From Bacillota bacterium (GTDB lineage: Bacteria; Bacillota; Clostridia; Lachnospirales; Lachnospiraceae): a stretch of 64,000 bases of DNA. The stretch spans positions 27,550 to 91,549 of the forward strand of contig JAEYOQ010000008.1 in the NCBI GenBank assembly GCA_023411555.1, written 5' to 3'. Of this stretch, positions 50,066 through 59,356 are shown piece after piece. Below the pieces are notes generated by a model, which worked only from the letters and a program-made list of their open reading frames with translations, did not search any database and was not told the DNA's origin. Numbering within the stretch: the stretch's first letter is position 1; every line of letters begins with the position of its first letter. A program made the translations under genes and the position numbers.

Positions 50066-50142
50066 AGAATATCTCCTCATAAAATTATTGTTCTGCTGTA
50101 ATGAAGCCGGTAAAAATATTATATAATATATCTTATTATATG

Positions 50143-50156
50143 CTAAATATATTTAG
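50143..50156. promoter_or_regulatory. Perfect 14-bp palindrome CTAAATATATTTAG upstream of the GH38 gene; possible operator
   Basis: Read directly from the sequence. The AT-rich context lowers its significance. Confidence 0.2.
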
Positions 50157-50405
50157 TATGTCAACTGAATTGTTTTACACTCCGGAACACATCCTGTCCA
50201 ATCCCAACCTAGACATTAAGCATACAAAAAGTGCTGCTGCATAATGTCAACAAATTACTAAGGCACGAACAGCATGCATCCCCTAAAACCCATGTAGGGA
50301 TCTCTGTTATCCTTACCTTAAAGCGATTTATCTATTATACAACAGCACCAGTTGAAACGCACTACGTATCATCTTAATTCATTCGCATACCAAGTATTCA
50401 TTTCT

Positions 50406-50867
50406 CTAGAAGCAACGGAAGAAGATTATTCTATTCAGGCTAATACGATCAAATTCCCAGCGATTTCTTCTCCAACGAAAACCCTGTACAAACTGCCCAC
50501 TAACAAAGGTAGGAAAGAACCAAAATTCATTTCCATTAAATAACCAGATGTAGGTGAAACGGAATAAGCAGTTTCTCATCTCCCTACTTCTAGACCGATC
50601 ATTTCCTGGTCTCCCAAATCTTGCATCGCCAGGAAAACCTCCTAAGCCGCTCCTGCCACGATCATCCGGCTCACCAAACTGTCTCCGATCCATTCTAGGT
50701 GCCTCAGGTATAAAATCCGGTGGTGCAGACCTAGGCTGCTCCTCTCTTCTAAATTGAGAAGGCATATCTGGTGACGAGGAAGGAAATCCTGGACCCATTT
50801 GCTGCTTTTGTACATTGTCATATTTATTAGTACCTTCACTATCGTGATTAAAATTATCGTTATACAA
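50406..50867 (-). CDS. Hypothetical protein: Pro/Arg/Gly/Asp-rich low-complexity N-terminal region plus an aromatic-rich conserved C-terminal domain
   Basis: TTG start with AAAGGGG SD 8 nt upstream. The C-terminus CLFRFTYIWLFNGNEFWFFPTFVSGQFVQGFRWRRNRWEFDRISLNRIIFFRCF resembles a small-protein family I recall from Clostridia and Bacilli, but I cannot name it. Confidence 0.6.
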   Translation of the reverse strand: MYNDNFNHDSEGTNKYDNVQKQQMGPGFPSSSPDMPSQFRREEQPRSAPPDFIPEAPRMDRRQFGEPDDRGRSGLGGFPGDARFGRPGNDRSRSREMRNCLFRFTYIWLFNGNEFWFFPTFVSGQFVQGFRWRRNRWEFDRISLNRIIFFRCF

Positions 50868-51036
50868 GCTGTCTACCCCTTTCAGCGCAATAATTCATAC
50901 ATTATAGTATGATTATTACGACTAAAAGGTTATAGTTTGTTATCACTATTCCACTCTAATCCTGACAGGAAACTCTATGCTCCACTGAAATCTCCTGTTA
51001 TAGTGCTTCTTACAGTAAGTCTGTTGCCTATACAGA

Positions 51037-51690
51037 CTAAAATTCCTTTTTACGATATATATTAACTGAGATCGTATAGGATACCATTACTGCAAATGCC
51101 AGAACCAAGGGAGCAAGAATTGCAATGTTTTGAACCAGCTTCTCTCCTAACCGGATAAGCTGTTCAGGAATGACAAAATCCCCAGATTTCACTGCATTGC
51201 CGGCAAAATAAAAAATTGCAAATGGAACTAAATAAATGGCAAAGAATATAAATCTAGCTTTCTCTACCCCCAGCTTTGTAATAAAGGGCAAGGCAATGCT
51301 ATAGAACAGAATAACGATTGCTCCTCCAATCCATGCACCAGACAGCCCAGACATCAGGTTCTTATCTTGCTGTATCATTTTTATTACAATGGTGGATAGT
51401 GTCCCTATCACCGCACCCATTAGAGTAAGAAGCAACATAATGACGTATTTTCCACGAACAACGCCCTCTCTAGACACCGGCATAGTAAGCGCATAGACGT
51501 CCCATTTGGCTAATTCATCATAGGAATATACACTTAAAGTGAGTATGGCTATCATCATCGTAAACATACTGCTAAAAAAGTTAACGTCGGAGGTAGTGAA
51601 AGCCATAAAACCATATAACACCACCAGTACCGCAAATATCTTAACATTCTTTTTTAGATTAATAAAATCCTTCAAAATCAGACCCTTCAT
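51037..51690 (-). CDS. ABC-2 type transporter permease
   Basis: 217-aa protein with six hydrophobic segments, abutting the ATPase gene stop. Confidence 0.85.
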   Translation of the reverse strand: MKGLILKDFINLKKNVKIFAVLVVLYGFMAFTTSDVNFFSSMFTMMIAILTLSVYSYDELAKWDVYALTMPVSREGVVRGKYVIMLLLTLMGAVIGTLSTIVIKMIQQDKNLMSGLSGAWIGGAIVILFYSIALPFITKLGVEKARFIFFAIYLVPFAIFYFAGNAVKSGDFVIPEQLIRLGEKLVQNIAILAPLVLAFAVMVSYTISVNIYRKKEF

Positions 51691-52596
51691 TTATTTCAGC
51701 TCCCTTCCTTTACTGATAAACAGCATAATCTCTTCGATAGAGGTTCTATCAACAGTATATTGGTGGTACTTTTTCATAAAAGCATCCTTCCTCTTAATCA
51801 TAACCTCTGATCCGAAATTGTTTTCACGCAAACCCACAACAAAGCTTCGATCGATAGAAGAGACTTCATCCTTCCGGCATCGGATAATACCATATTGATA
51901 TATCAAATCATCCTTGTTCTCACTGAATACAATTCGTCCCTTATGAATGAAGGTAACATAATCGGCAATCTTCTCAATATCACTTATAATATGTGATGAT
52001 AGGAGAATCGTATTATCCTCCTCTTGAATAAATTCAAGGAATATATCCAGTATCTCATCACGAACCATCGGATCAAGACCACTTGTCGCTTCATCTAATA
52101 TCAACAGCTTAGAATGATGGGATAAAGCAATTGCTATTGAAAGCTTCATCTTCATGCCTCTGGAGTATTCCTTTATATTTTTTCCCTCCGGCAGCTCGAA
52201 TCTCTGCACATACCCAGCAAATACTTCACTATCCCAGTTCTTATAAATATTCTTCATAACAAAGTCTATATTTTTTACCTTGAGATTATCATGAAGATTG
52301 CTACCGTCAAACACCACCCCAAGGTTCTCTTTCATCTCCAAGGGAAGCTTCTTAGAATCATAGCCAAGAATACTAATCTCTCCCCCATCCGTCCCAATCA
52401 GATTCAAGATAGACTTAATCGTTGTTGTTTTTCCTGCACCATTCTCTCCCACAAAGCCCATAATTGAGCCCTTGGGTACTGTAAAGCTAACCTTATCCAG
52501 GGTAAAACCCTTATATCTCTTGGTTAAATCCTTAATAACTATGGCATTGTCTATCTCTGTAGCTTTATCGCCCTTTACTGTATAGTTACCAGACAT
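51691..52596 (-). CDS. ABC transporter ATP-binding protein
   Basis: Walker A GENGAGKTT, signature YSRGMKMKL, Walker B LLILDEATSGLD. Confidence 0.92.
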   Translation of the reverse strand: MSGNYTVKGDKATEIDNAIVIKDLTKRYKGFTLDKVSFTVPKGSIMGFVGENGAGKTTTIKSILNLIGTDGGEISILGYDSKKLPLEMKENLGVVFDGSNLHDNLKVKNIDFVMKNIYKNWDSEVFAGYVQRFELPEGKNIKEYSRGMKMKLSIAIALSHHSKLLILDEATSGLDPMVRDEILDIFLEFIQEEDNTILLSSHIISDIEKIADYVTFIHKGRIVFSENKDDLIYQYGIIRCRKDEVSSIDRSFVVGLRENNFGSEVMIKRKDAFMKKYHQYTVDRTSIEEIMLFISKGRELK

Positions 52597-52598
52597 CT

Positions 52599-52973
52599 TT
52601 ATTCCTCCTCATAAATCATTTTAATAATTTTCTGGATATCCTCCAGACTCAACCCACCTATCTTAGCTTCTGCCACCGCCTTTTCCAGATGCTCCCTGGT
52701 TATACGAAGCTGTTCCTCTCTGACAGTCTTTACATCCTTCTCGGCAACAAAACTTCCCTTCCCCATCACCGTGTAGATAAAACCATCACGTTCTAGGTCC
52801 TCATAGGCCCTCTTGGTAGTTATCACACTTATTTTCAATTCCTTCGCCAGCATACGCATCGAAGGTAGTAGACTACCAGCCTCTAGCTCACCGATGATAA
52901 TAGCTTGCTTGATCTGGGAAGTAATCTGCTCATAGATAGGTTTTTCACTGGAATTACTAATCAGTATATTCAT
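52599..52973 (-). CDS. GntR-family (YtrA subfamily) transcriptional regulator
   Basis: 124 aa. PIYEQITSQIKQAIIIGELEAGSLLPSMRMLAKELKISVITTKRAYEDLERDG; first gene of a GntR-ABC-permease operon. Confidence 0.9.
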   Translation of the reverse strand: MNILISNSSEKPIYEQITSQIKQAIIIGELEAGSLLPSMRMLAKELKISVITTKRAYEDLERDGFIYTVMGKGSFVAEKDVKTVREEQLRITREHLEKAVAEAKIGGLSLEDIQKIIKMIYEEE

Positions 52974-53113
52974 TCTTCCCTCCTGTTTAAGTACAAGCTT
53001 GGTGTCATATTGTATATACTCGTTATATACACTCTATCACCACAAATATATTCTGTCAATAGAGAATTTAGAGTGTTTCGCTTACGAAACTATAAAAGCC
53101 TGCTATGCAGGCA

Positions 53114-53152
53114 ATAAAAAAAGAAGTACTCCGAATGAACGAAGTACCTCTC
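53114..53152 (-). terminator. Intrinsic terminator after chemoreceptor 2
   Basis: Minus strand has a 12-bp stem AGAGGUACUUCG / CGGAGUACUUCU (two G-U pairs) followed by UUUUUUUAUU. A second hairpin GCCUGC-aua-GCAGGC-UUUUA follows. Confidence 0.75.
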
Positions 53153-53170
53153 TCAATGTTTGTAGTGATA

Positions 53171-55456
53171 TTAGACTGTAAACTTTTGAACCTCATTAAC
53201 CAAATGATCTGAATTGGCATTAAGCTTCGCAGCTGATTTATTGAGACCTTCGACGGAAGTAAGCTGATTTGCCGCCGTCTGATTAACATTATTAGAGGAT
53301 GCAGCAATCTCTTCAAGTACAGCAGATATATTCTCTATTGCTCCCAGTGTACTAACTCGAGCTTCTTCAATGTTGGCTACATTGTCCGTAATGGAATTCA
53401 AGGACACCATAAGTCTTTCCACGCTATCATTAATGTTAGAATAGGAATCAGTGGTATTCTTTACCGCACTCTCCTGAAGTGCTAATACCTTCTCAGCCTT
53501 ACGTGCAGTCTCAACCGCAGTAGTTGTATCCTCCTGAATGCTGCCGATAATCTTCTTAATATCATTTACCGAGTTCTTGGACTGTTCTGCTAGTGTTCTG
53601 ATCTCACTGGCAACAACAGCAAAGCCTTTTCCATGCTCCCCAGCTCTTGCAGCTTCGATGGAGGCATTTAATGATAATAGATTGGTCTGATTAGCAATAT
53701 CATTAATTACATTAATGATCTTATTAATTGAAGAAGATTTCTCGGAAAGTTTCTCAATATCTTTAATAATGTCAGTGGTAATCTCAATGGTTGACTTTGT
53801 CTGCTGATTCAATTCTTCAGAAACAACAGTACCCTCCTGAACACTCATCTTGGTACTTTCGGCAATCTGACCGATTTCCTTGGTGTTCACACCGACAACC
53901 TCAATCTTCTGAGACAGACTATCCATCTGCACCAAACATTCCTCAGCATCCTTTGCCTGTTGATTGATACCTTGTTCTATCTCATTCATAGCCGAGGAGA
54001 TATCCTCCGATGATTTAAGGAATAATTCCGAGGTCTTGGATACATTAGATGCTGAGTCTGATACCTCACCACTTAATTCCTTCACCTGATGAATTAACTC
54101 CTTCATCTTACCAAAGGTAGTTTGTATCTCGTCAATTAAGATACGGAATTCATCCTTACGCTTCGAATCAAACTGAACAGTCAGATCACCCTTAGCAGCC
54201 TGCTTTAGCTTACTAATGATACCCTTTATTACCTTGTCAATTCCGGTAGATAGCCAAGCAGCGATTGCGATAGCAGCGAGACAGGCAATAATCACAATAA
54301 TGATGGTAACATTCTTAATTGCATCCGCCTGACTGGTTATAGTAGACTTAGGCATTAATGCACAGAGAGTCGCACCTGTTTTTCCGATTTTTGTGAATAT
54401 ATATAAATATGTATCACCCTTAAATTCCACATACTTGTATCCGCTGTTCGTTTCAGATTCATATGTTTCCTGATAGAAGTCTTTATCAACAAACACCTTC
54501 TCCGCCTTCAAGGCTTCTACATCAATATTCGGATCCTTTGATTTTAACGAATAGTCAATTATCTCTTTTCCATCTCCAGTTACGAGACCTAAATATCCGG
54601 ATTTATCAAATTCCAAATCAGCTAAAATATTCTTCACTACACTAGCCTTTGTTTCTATAACAATCAGGGCATTCCGACTGATGATATTTCTAATAAGACG
54701 CAGAGAATAGTCGTCGCTGTCCCTATTGAATTTCTCATCCAAGAAGGCATCTTCACCATCCCATAAATCTCCGGTCCGACCGATTTTTGTACCAAGTTCT
54801 GTATTTCTGAATTCCTCAACAAATCCTCCCTTAGTAGATTGATTTGCAGTTGTAATAGAAGCAACGTCATCGGACAATAAGTATATATTCTCAATAAACT
54901 CATCTGTAACCTGCTTGGCCATCAGCGATGATGAGATAGTCTTTCTGTTCATATTAGACTCAAATGCATCGTCTATATTAGCAAAATATCTGCCTATCGT
55001 GTCATCATTTGCATATTGTATGGCAGTCGCTTCAACCGTTTCAAAACCAAAACGCATAAATTCACCTGCCATATTAATCGCATCTGCAGTCGCTTTCTCA
55101 TAATTACTTTGAATACCTTCAGATGCCTTCCAGAAGGATACTACGCCCAAAATGATGATAAAGATAACTGGCACCAAGAATGAGGCCATTAGCTTAAACC
55201 GAAGTGTAGAGAGAAGATTCACCTTTGAAGCCTTCTCTAATAGCATTTCTTTCTCTTCTCTCATTTTTGCCTGGGTTTTATGTATCTTTTTCTTAACTTC
55301 CTGTTTCTTTTTATTGGACGCCTCCTGAAGTTTATCTCCCTTCTTCGGTACTCCTGTCTTCTCAGATGATGTCACGCCTTCTGTAAGCTTATCTTTCTTT
55401 AGTCCCTTTGCAGCTGTCATCAACTTTTTTGCAAAGTCTTCACTTTTTAATCCCAT
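53171..55456 (-). CDS. Methyl-accepting chemotaxis protein with an ~85-aa Lys-rich cytoplasmic N-terminal extension
   Basis: [35 protein letters not shown]. The GGAGGA SD 6 nt upstream of ATG 55456 supports the long N-terminus. Confidence 0.9.
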   Translation of the reverse strand: MGLKSEDFAKKLMTAAKGLKKDKLTEGVTSSEKTGVPKKGDKLQEASNKKKQEVKKKIHKTQAKMREEKEMLLEKASKVNLLSTLRFKLMASFLVPVIFIIILGVVSFWKASEGIQSNYEKATADAINMAGEFMRFGFETVEATAIQYANDDTIGRYFANIDDAFESNMNRKTISSSLMAKQVTDEFIENIYLLSDDVASITTANQSTKGGFVEEFRNTELGTKIGRTGDLWDGEDAFLDEKFNRDSDDYSLRLIRNIISRNALIVIETKASVVKNILADLEFDKSGYLGLVTGDGKEIIDYSLKSKDPNIDVEALKAEKVFVDKDFYQETYESETNSGYKYVEFKGDTYLYIFTKIGKTGATLCALMPKSTITSQADAIKNVTIIIVIIACLAAIAIAAWLSTGIDKVIKGIISKLKQAAKGDLTVQFDSKRKDEFRILIDEIQTTFGKMKELIHQVKELSGEVSDSASNVSKTSELFLKSSEDISSAMNEIEQGINQQAKDAEECLVQMDSLSQKIEVVGVNTKEIGQIAESTKMSVQEGTVVSEELNQQTKSTIEITTDIIKDIEKLSEKSSSINKIINVINDIANQTNLLSLNASIEAARAGEHGKGFAVVASEIRTLAEQSKNSVNDIKKIIGSIQEDTTTAVETARKAEKVLALQESAVKNTTDSYSNINDSVERLMVSLNSITDNVANIEEARVSTLGAIENISAVLEEIAASSNNVNQTAANQLTSVEGLNKSAAKLNANSDHLVNEVQKFTV

Positions 55457-55739
55457 GTTTCATCCTCCACGTCACTATAATTGATTAGCATCGGCTCTTC
55501 TGTATAAAAATCTATATATTGGTATTATATCATTTTACCAGGTATATTACTAGTATTTTAGTCAATTTATATCATTTTCTATCATTTTTACACACATTTC
55601 CCAATTTTTTGCATTCTTGCGTTCATAAGCCTGTTGCTGTATAATTTTCTCTATAAAGAGGATCAGACCATCCCTTGATCCACCAATATGATTAGCAGTC
55701 TCTGTATCGAAGCTGCTCCAGGGAGAATGGAGGATTAGA

Positions 55740-56030
55740 ATGAAGACATTATTACCACAACTGCTCGCTATGGCAGTTTCAGCAACCATTTTCATGACAA
55801 TATCAATTAAGCTCGGTTGGAGTAGAGGGCTATGGAATGTCATCAACCGCCGCTTAAATCCCGCCTACAATGCCACAGTTTGGATTTTTATAGCGGCTGT
55901 TCTTCACATAATCATTCAAATGCTATGCGGCGTCTTTGGCATAACTGATTCAAGAATCATTACTGGTTCTCTGATGGGCTTCTATTTTGCTTTTATTCCT
56001 AATCTCGGTGTAAAAAAAGATAAAAAATGA
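55740..56030 (+). CDS. Small integral membrane protein (96 aa), function unknown
   Basis: GGAGG SD 7 nt upstream, three hydrophobic segments, and a terminator downstream. Confidence 0.6.
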   Translation: MKTLLPQLLAMAVSATIFMTISIKLGWSRGLWNVINRRLNPAYNATVWIFIAAVLHIIIQMLCGVFGITDSRIITGSLMGFYFAFIPNLGVKKDKK

Positions 56031-56081
56031 TAAGAAAAGTTTCGCACCGCGAATTTACTATTATTTATCATGAATAGTATG

Positions 56082-56137
56082 ATAGGGCTGTGCAAAATGC
56101 AAACCAACTCTACAACTCGCATTTTGTACAGCCCTAT
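56082..56137 (+). terminator. Hairpin terminator after the small membrane protein gene
   Basis: 19-bp stem ATAGGGCTGTGCAAAATGC / GCATTTTGTACAGCCCTAT, with one G-U that forms only on the plus strand. The T-tract is weak. Confidence 0.55.
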
Positions 56138-56209
56138 CTTCAATCACTCTTCTTACAGATTTTTCATATTAGTAATAGCTGTGTCTTTGAAAAGGATCTC
56201 TTACTAAAC

Positions 56210-57241
56210 TTAAAGTGATACTCCTATATAGGCCTTTAATAATTTCAAAGTGTTCTCAAGCCCCAGCCGGTGTGTACGTTCCATACCATGGGAAGCATGT
56301 ACTCCCTGACCAATCAAAGCTCCCCGGATATCATTACCTCCCCGGATTGCACTGGATACATCAGAACCGTAATGAGGGAATATATCGATGACATAATCAA
56401 TTCCATGCTCTTTAGCCAAGGCAATCAGCTGATTCGTCATCTCATAATCATAAGGACCGGAGGAATCCTTCGCACAAATAGTTACGGTATATTCGGATCC
56501 ATTCAGATCATCTCCAATGGCACCCATATCCACCGCTAAAAATTCATCAATCTCCTGGGGAAGATGGCTGGCACCAAATCCGACCTCTTCATAATTGCTG
56601 ATTAGAATCTTTAACTTCTTATTCGGAATAAGCTTCTGCACTGACATCTCCTTCAGTAATCCCAAAAGCACTGCTACGGATGCTTTATCATCCAGATGTC
56701 TTGATTTCACATAGCCTGCATCCGTATATTGGAATTTGGCATCAAAGCTGATATAATCGCCACTGTTAATCCCCAGCTCCAGTACATCCTCCCTGCTCTT
56801 CACAATCTCATCCAGACGAATCAGCATATTGCGGTCCGTGCGTTCGATGGTCCTGGCATCATCATAGCTGTGCACAGAGGCACTTTTAATTAAGATTGTT
56901 CCGGTGTAGGTTCTCCCATCTCTCGTATGGATAGAACAATAAGCCCCTTCCACACTATGCATGGTATAACCGCCTATTAAGGTAAATCTCAAATTTCCAT
57001 CGGAATCGATGGAGCGAACCATGGCCCCCAGTGTATCCACATGAGCGGATACCCCTAAGGTTTCTTCTCCCTTTCCGGGTACCGATATAATAAGACCACC
57101 CTTTTGATTATATTCACACAGGTAGCCATAGCTCTCTACCTCTTTTCTTACATAGTCCATTATCTCCTTCGTATAACCAGAGGGGCTTGGTATATTCACT
57201 AAAGTTTCAATTGTTTTAATTATATATTCCATTGTTTCCAT
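56210..57241 (-). CDS. M42-family metallopeptidase (glutamyl aminopeptidase / FrvX-YsdC-like)
   Basis: IKTIETLVNIPSPSGYTKEIMDYV..., LGVSAHVDTLGAMV..., SRHLDDKASVA, NYEEVG are M42 hallmarks. Confidence 0.88.
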   Translation of the reverse strand: METMEYIIKTIETLVNIPSPSGYTKEIMDYVRKEVESYGYLCEYNQKGGLIISVPGKGEETLGVSAHVDTLGAMVRSIDSDGNLRFTLIGGYTMHSVEGAYCSIHTRDGRTYTGTILIKSASVHSYDDARTIERTDRNMLIRLDEIVKSREDVLELGINSGDYISFDAKFQYTDAGYVKSRHLDDKASVAVLLGLLKEMSVQKLIPNKKLKILISNYEEVGFGASHLPQEIDEFLAVDMGAIGDDLNGSEYTVTICAKDSSGPYDYEMTNQLIALAKEHGIDYVIDIFPHYGSDVSSAIRGGNDIRGALIGQGVHASHGMERTHRLGLENTLKLLKAYIGVSL

Positions 57242-57609
57242 GATCTTATCTCCTTATCTTCATCTCATATTCTGAACCTAGTCCTCGAACTATTATTATT
57301 TTTAATTCAAACTAATCTATGATTTTTCAATCCAATCTCAATCTAGCACAATTTCCCGACAAGTTCAACTTACTTATATTTGAAATCTTTATTGTATGAA
57401 AGGAATTAATGTATTATGATTCAGCTGTATACTATCAAAAGATAATAAAGTTATAAGAATTTGAAGACAAGTCTTCCCCTTCCTCGTTCTCTAGAATCGA
57501 ACGGGTAAATTGGGCAGCCCCAGTCACAGTAGTAGAAAGCTGCTTTAAAGTAGCTTAATCATGAAAATGATATGTGCAAGAATAGCACTATCCATCGTAG
57601 GAGGGACTT

Positions 57610-57729
57610 ATGAAGAAAGTATTCAAGTTTATATTCATAACTATTATGTTTATTTTATCCCTTAGTATATTCAATCAGGTAATGACCTTTATTGGAAAAG
57701 GCGGTAAAAAGATGGCTAAATTATTCTAA
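57610..57729 (+). CDS. 39-codon ORF encoding a hydrophobic peptide with a basic tail (MKKVFKFIFITIMFILSLSIFNQVMTFIGKGGKKMAKLF)
   Basis: Below the track size cut-off and found manually. AGGAGGGA SD 4-5 nt upstream of the ATG. Lies 77 nt upstream of the ECF sigma gene. Confidence 0.45.
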   Translation: MKKVFKFIFITIMFILSLSIFNQVMTFIGKGGKKMAKLF

Positions 57730-57806
57730 AAAAGATTCTGAAAAAGTGAAGATATTTATTTATCTAGTTCGTTATTTATATCGAAGGGTGAAAGGAGGCG
57801 GAAATA

Positions 57807-58325
57807 ATTAGTACCGAGCAGTATTATGAGTATCTCATAGATACCTATCAAAATTTAATATTCTCTATCTGTTATAAAATAGTAAAAGATTATTTCGACG
57901 CTGAGGATCTTGCCCAAGAAACCTTTCTCTCCGCCTATAAGCATCTACCCACCTTCGATCGACAATACGAAAAAGCCTGGCTATGCCGTATTGCCACAAA
58001 CAAGTGTCTAGATTTTATAAAACGCGCAGAACGAAAAAGCATACCAACAGAGGATGAATACTTCTTAACCAAAAAGGATACAGAACCATCTCCAGAAGAA
58101 AACATCCTTGAGCTGGAAGTAAAAAAGCAATTATCTGAACGATGCAACAGCTTAAAATCACCGTATCGAGAAATAGCATTCGATCATTTTTACCGGGAGC
58201 TTTCCGCAGCCGAGATTGCAGAAAATACAGGTAAGAATTTGAAGACAGTCCAGACCCAAATTTATCGGGCGAGGGCAATGCTGCAAAAAGCCTATCGAAA
58301 GGGGGCAATTATTCATGAACAATAA
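57807..58325 (+). CDS. ECF (group 4) RNA polymerase sigma factor, apparently initiating at ATT
   Basis: Absent from the ORF track. Manual translation gives ISTEQYYEYLIDTYQNLIFSICYKIVKDYFDAEDLAQETFLSAYKHLPTF...KAWLCRIATNKCLDFIKR...REIAFDHFYRELSAAEIAENTGKNLKTVQTQIYRARAMLQKAY. AAAGGAGG at 57791-57798; in-frame TGA at 57789. The first in-frame ATG/GTG/TTG is codon 145 of 172. The stop overlaps the anti-sigma start. Confidence 0.85.
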   Translation: MSTEQYYEYLIDTYQNLIFSICYKIVKDYFDAEDLAQETFLSAYKHLPTFDRQYEKAWLCRIATNKCLDFIKRAERKSIPTEDEYFLTKKDTEPSPEENILELEVKKQLSERCNSLKSPYREIAFDHFYRELSAAEIAENTGKNLKTVQTQIYRARAMLQKAYRKGAIIHEQ

Positions 58326-58815
58326 GCCACATGTGACGAGGGATGAGTTTATCGCATTCAAACAAGAGTCCATGACAATGGAAGAACAACAAACTTTTTT
58401 AGATCATATTTGCTCCTGTAATCATTGTGCAGATCAATTTACAGCAATTATGGCAGAAGAAATCATCCCTGCACCACGGGATATGAAGGAAAATATATTA
58501 CAGGCTGTCAAGCGCCCTGAGGTACAGTTAGCAATGAAATCAAAGGAAGCATCGAAGCGGATACAGCTTCTGCTGTACAGCTTGAAGGTTGGTACCGCCG
58601 CTGTAGCAGCCATCGCCTTATTAGTGCTAAGCGTTAATTTCCAGAGTAGTTTCTCTAATACAGAGAGATTCGCAAATATAAACTATAAAGAAGACCATGT
58701 TTCCTTAACCGATAATATCAGAAATAATATGAACAACATCAGTAAGAATATATTGGACTTCTCCAATAACATAATCAAAATGGAGGTAATTGATCATGAC
58801 CAGAAAGAAGAGTAG
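58315..58815 (+). CDS. Anti-sigma factor with a zf-HC2 (ZAS, HxxxCxxC) motif and one transmembrane segment
   Basis: FLDHICSCNHCADQF, then TM LKVGTAAVAAIALLVLSV. ATGAACAATAA overlap with the sigma stop. Confidence 0.85.
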   Translation: MNNKPHVTRDEFIAFKQESMTMEEQQTFLDHICSCNHCADQFTAIMAEEIIPAPRDMKENILQAVKRPEVQLAMKSKEASKRIQLLLYSLKVGTAAVAAIALLVLSVNFQSSFSNTERFANINYKEDHVSLTDNIRNNMNNISKNILDFSNNIIKMEVIDHDQKEE

Positions 58816-59356
58816 CTTTTTAACCTTTTGTTTTTCTCTGCTGCCGGGAGCCGGTCAGATGTATATGGGCTTCATGAGACGTGGAAGTTCCTTAATGGCC
58901 TATTTCTTTTTAACCATCTTTTTATCCACCTGGTTAGGTCTGGGACCCTTAATGTTTTTTATGCCTATCATATGGTTCTATGCGTTCTTTGACACCCATA
59001 ACCTACGCGCCATGCCAGACGATGAATTTTATGCATTGGAGGATAATTTCATACTGCTTCCGGACTATGCCAAGGAAAAAGCACAGCTCATTCAGAGCAA
59101 ATACCGTAACCTACTTGCGATAGCACTGATTGTGATCGGTTCTACTATCTTATGGAATAATTTTATGAGTATCATTAGAAGAATTGTACCCGGCATAGTA
59201 TATGATATTCTAAGTAGTTTTGGACGCTTAGTACCTCAATTGTTCGTAGCCTGTGCCATCATAGCCTTTGGCATCTATCTGATCCGTGGCAAGAAGCAGG
59301 ATCTGGATGCGATTGAGAAGGATAAGTTTCTAGAGGATAAAGGGGGGTTACAATAA
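58796..59356 (+). CDS. Integral membrane protein of the sigma operon
   Basis: SFLTFCFSLLPGAGQMYMGFMRRG... with four hydrophobic segments. GGAGGT-N8-ATG at 58796; the track start 58790 is TTG. Confidence 0.75.
   Translation: MTRKKSSFLTFCFSLLPGAGQMYMGFMRRGSSLMAYFFLTIFLSTWLGLGPLMFFMPIIWFYAFFDTHNLRAMPDDEFYALEDNFILLPDYAKEKAQLIQSKYRNLLAIALIVIGSTILWNNFMSIIRRIVPGIVYDILSSFGRLVPQLFVACAIIAFGIYLIRGKKQDLDAIEKDKFLEDKGGLQ

Noticed and set aside
50352-50839. Alternative-frame ORFs (63, 67 and 65 aa) overlapping the Pro/Arg-rich gene
   Set aside because: They are shorter, lack SDs, and lie within or antisense to the 153-aa frame, which has an SD and a conserved-looking C-terminal domain.
55562-55846. 94-aa minus-strand ORF in the MCP / small membrane protein divergent region
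   Set aside because: It overlaps the plus-strand 96-aa ORF, which has a GGAGG SD and clear TM segments. The minus-strand ORF has no SD and no recognisable features.
57935-58373. Three minus-strand ORFs (70, 97 and 71 aa) listed in the track
   Set aside because: They are antisense to the clearly recognisable ECF sigma factor frame and have no domain signatures or SDs.
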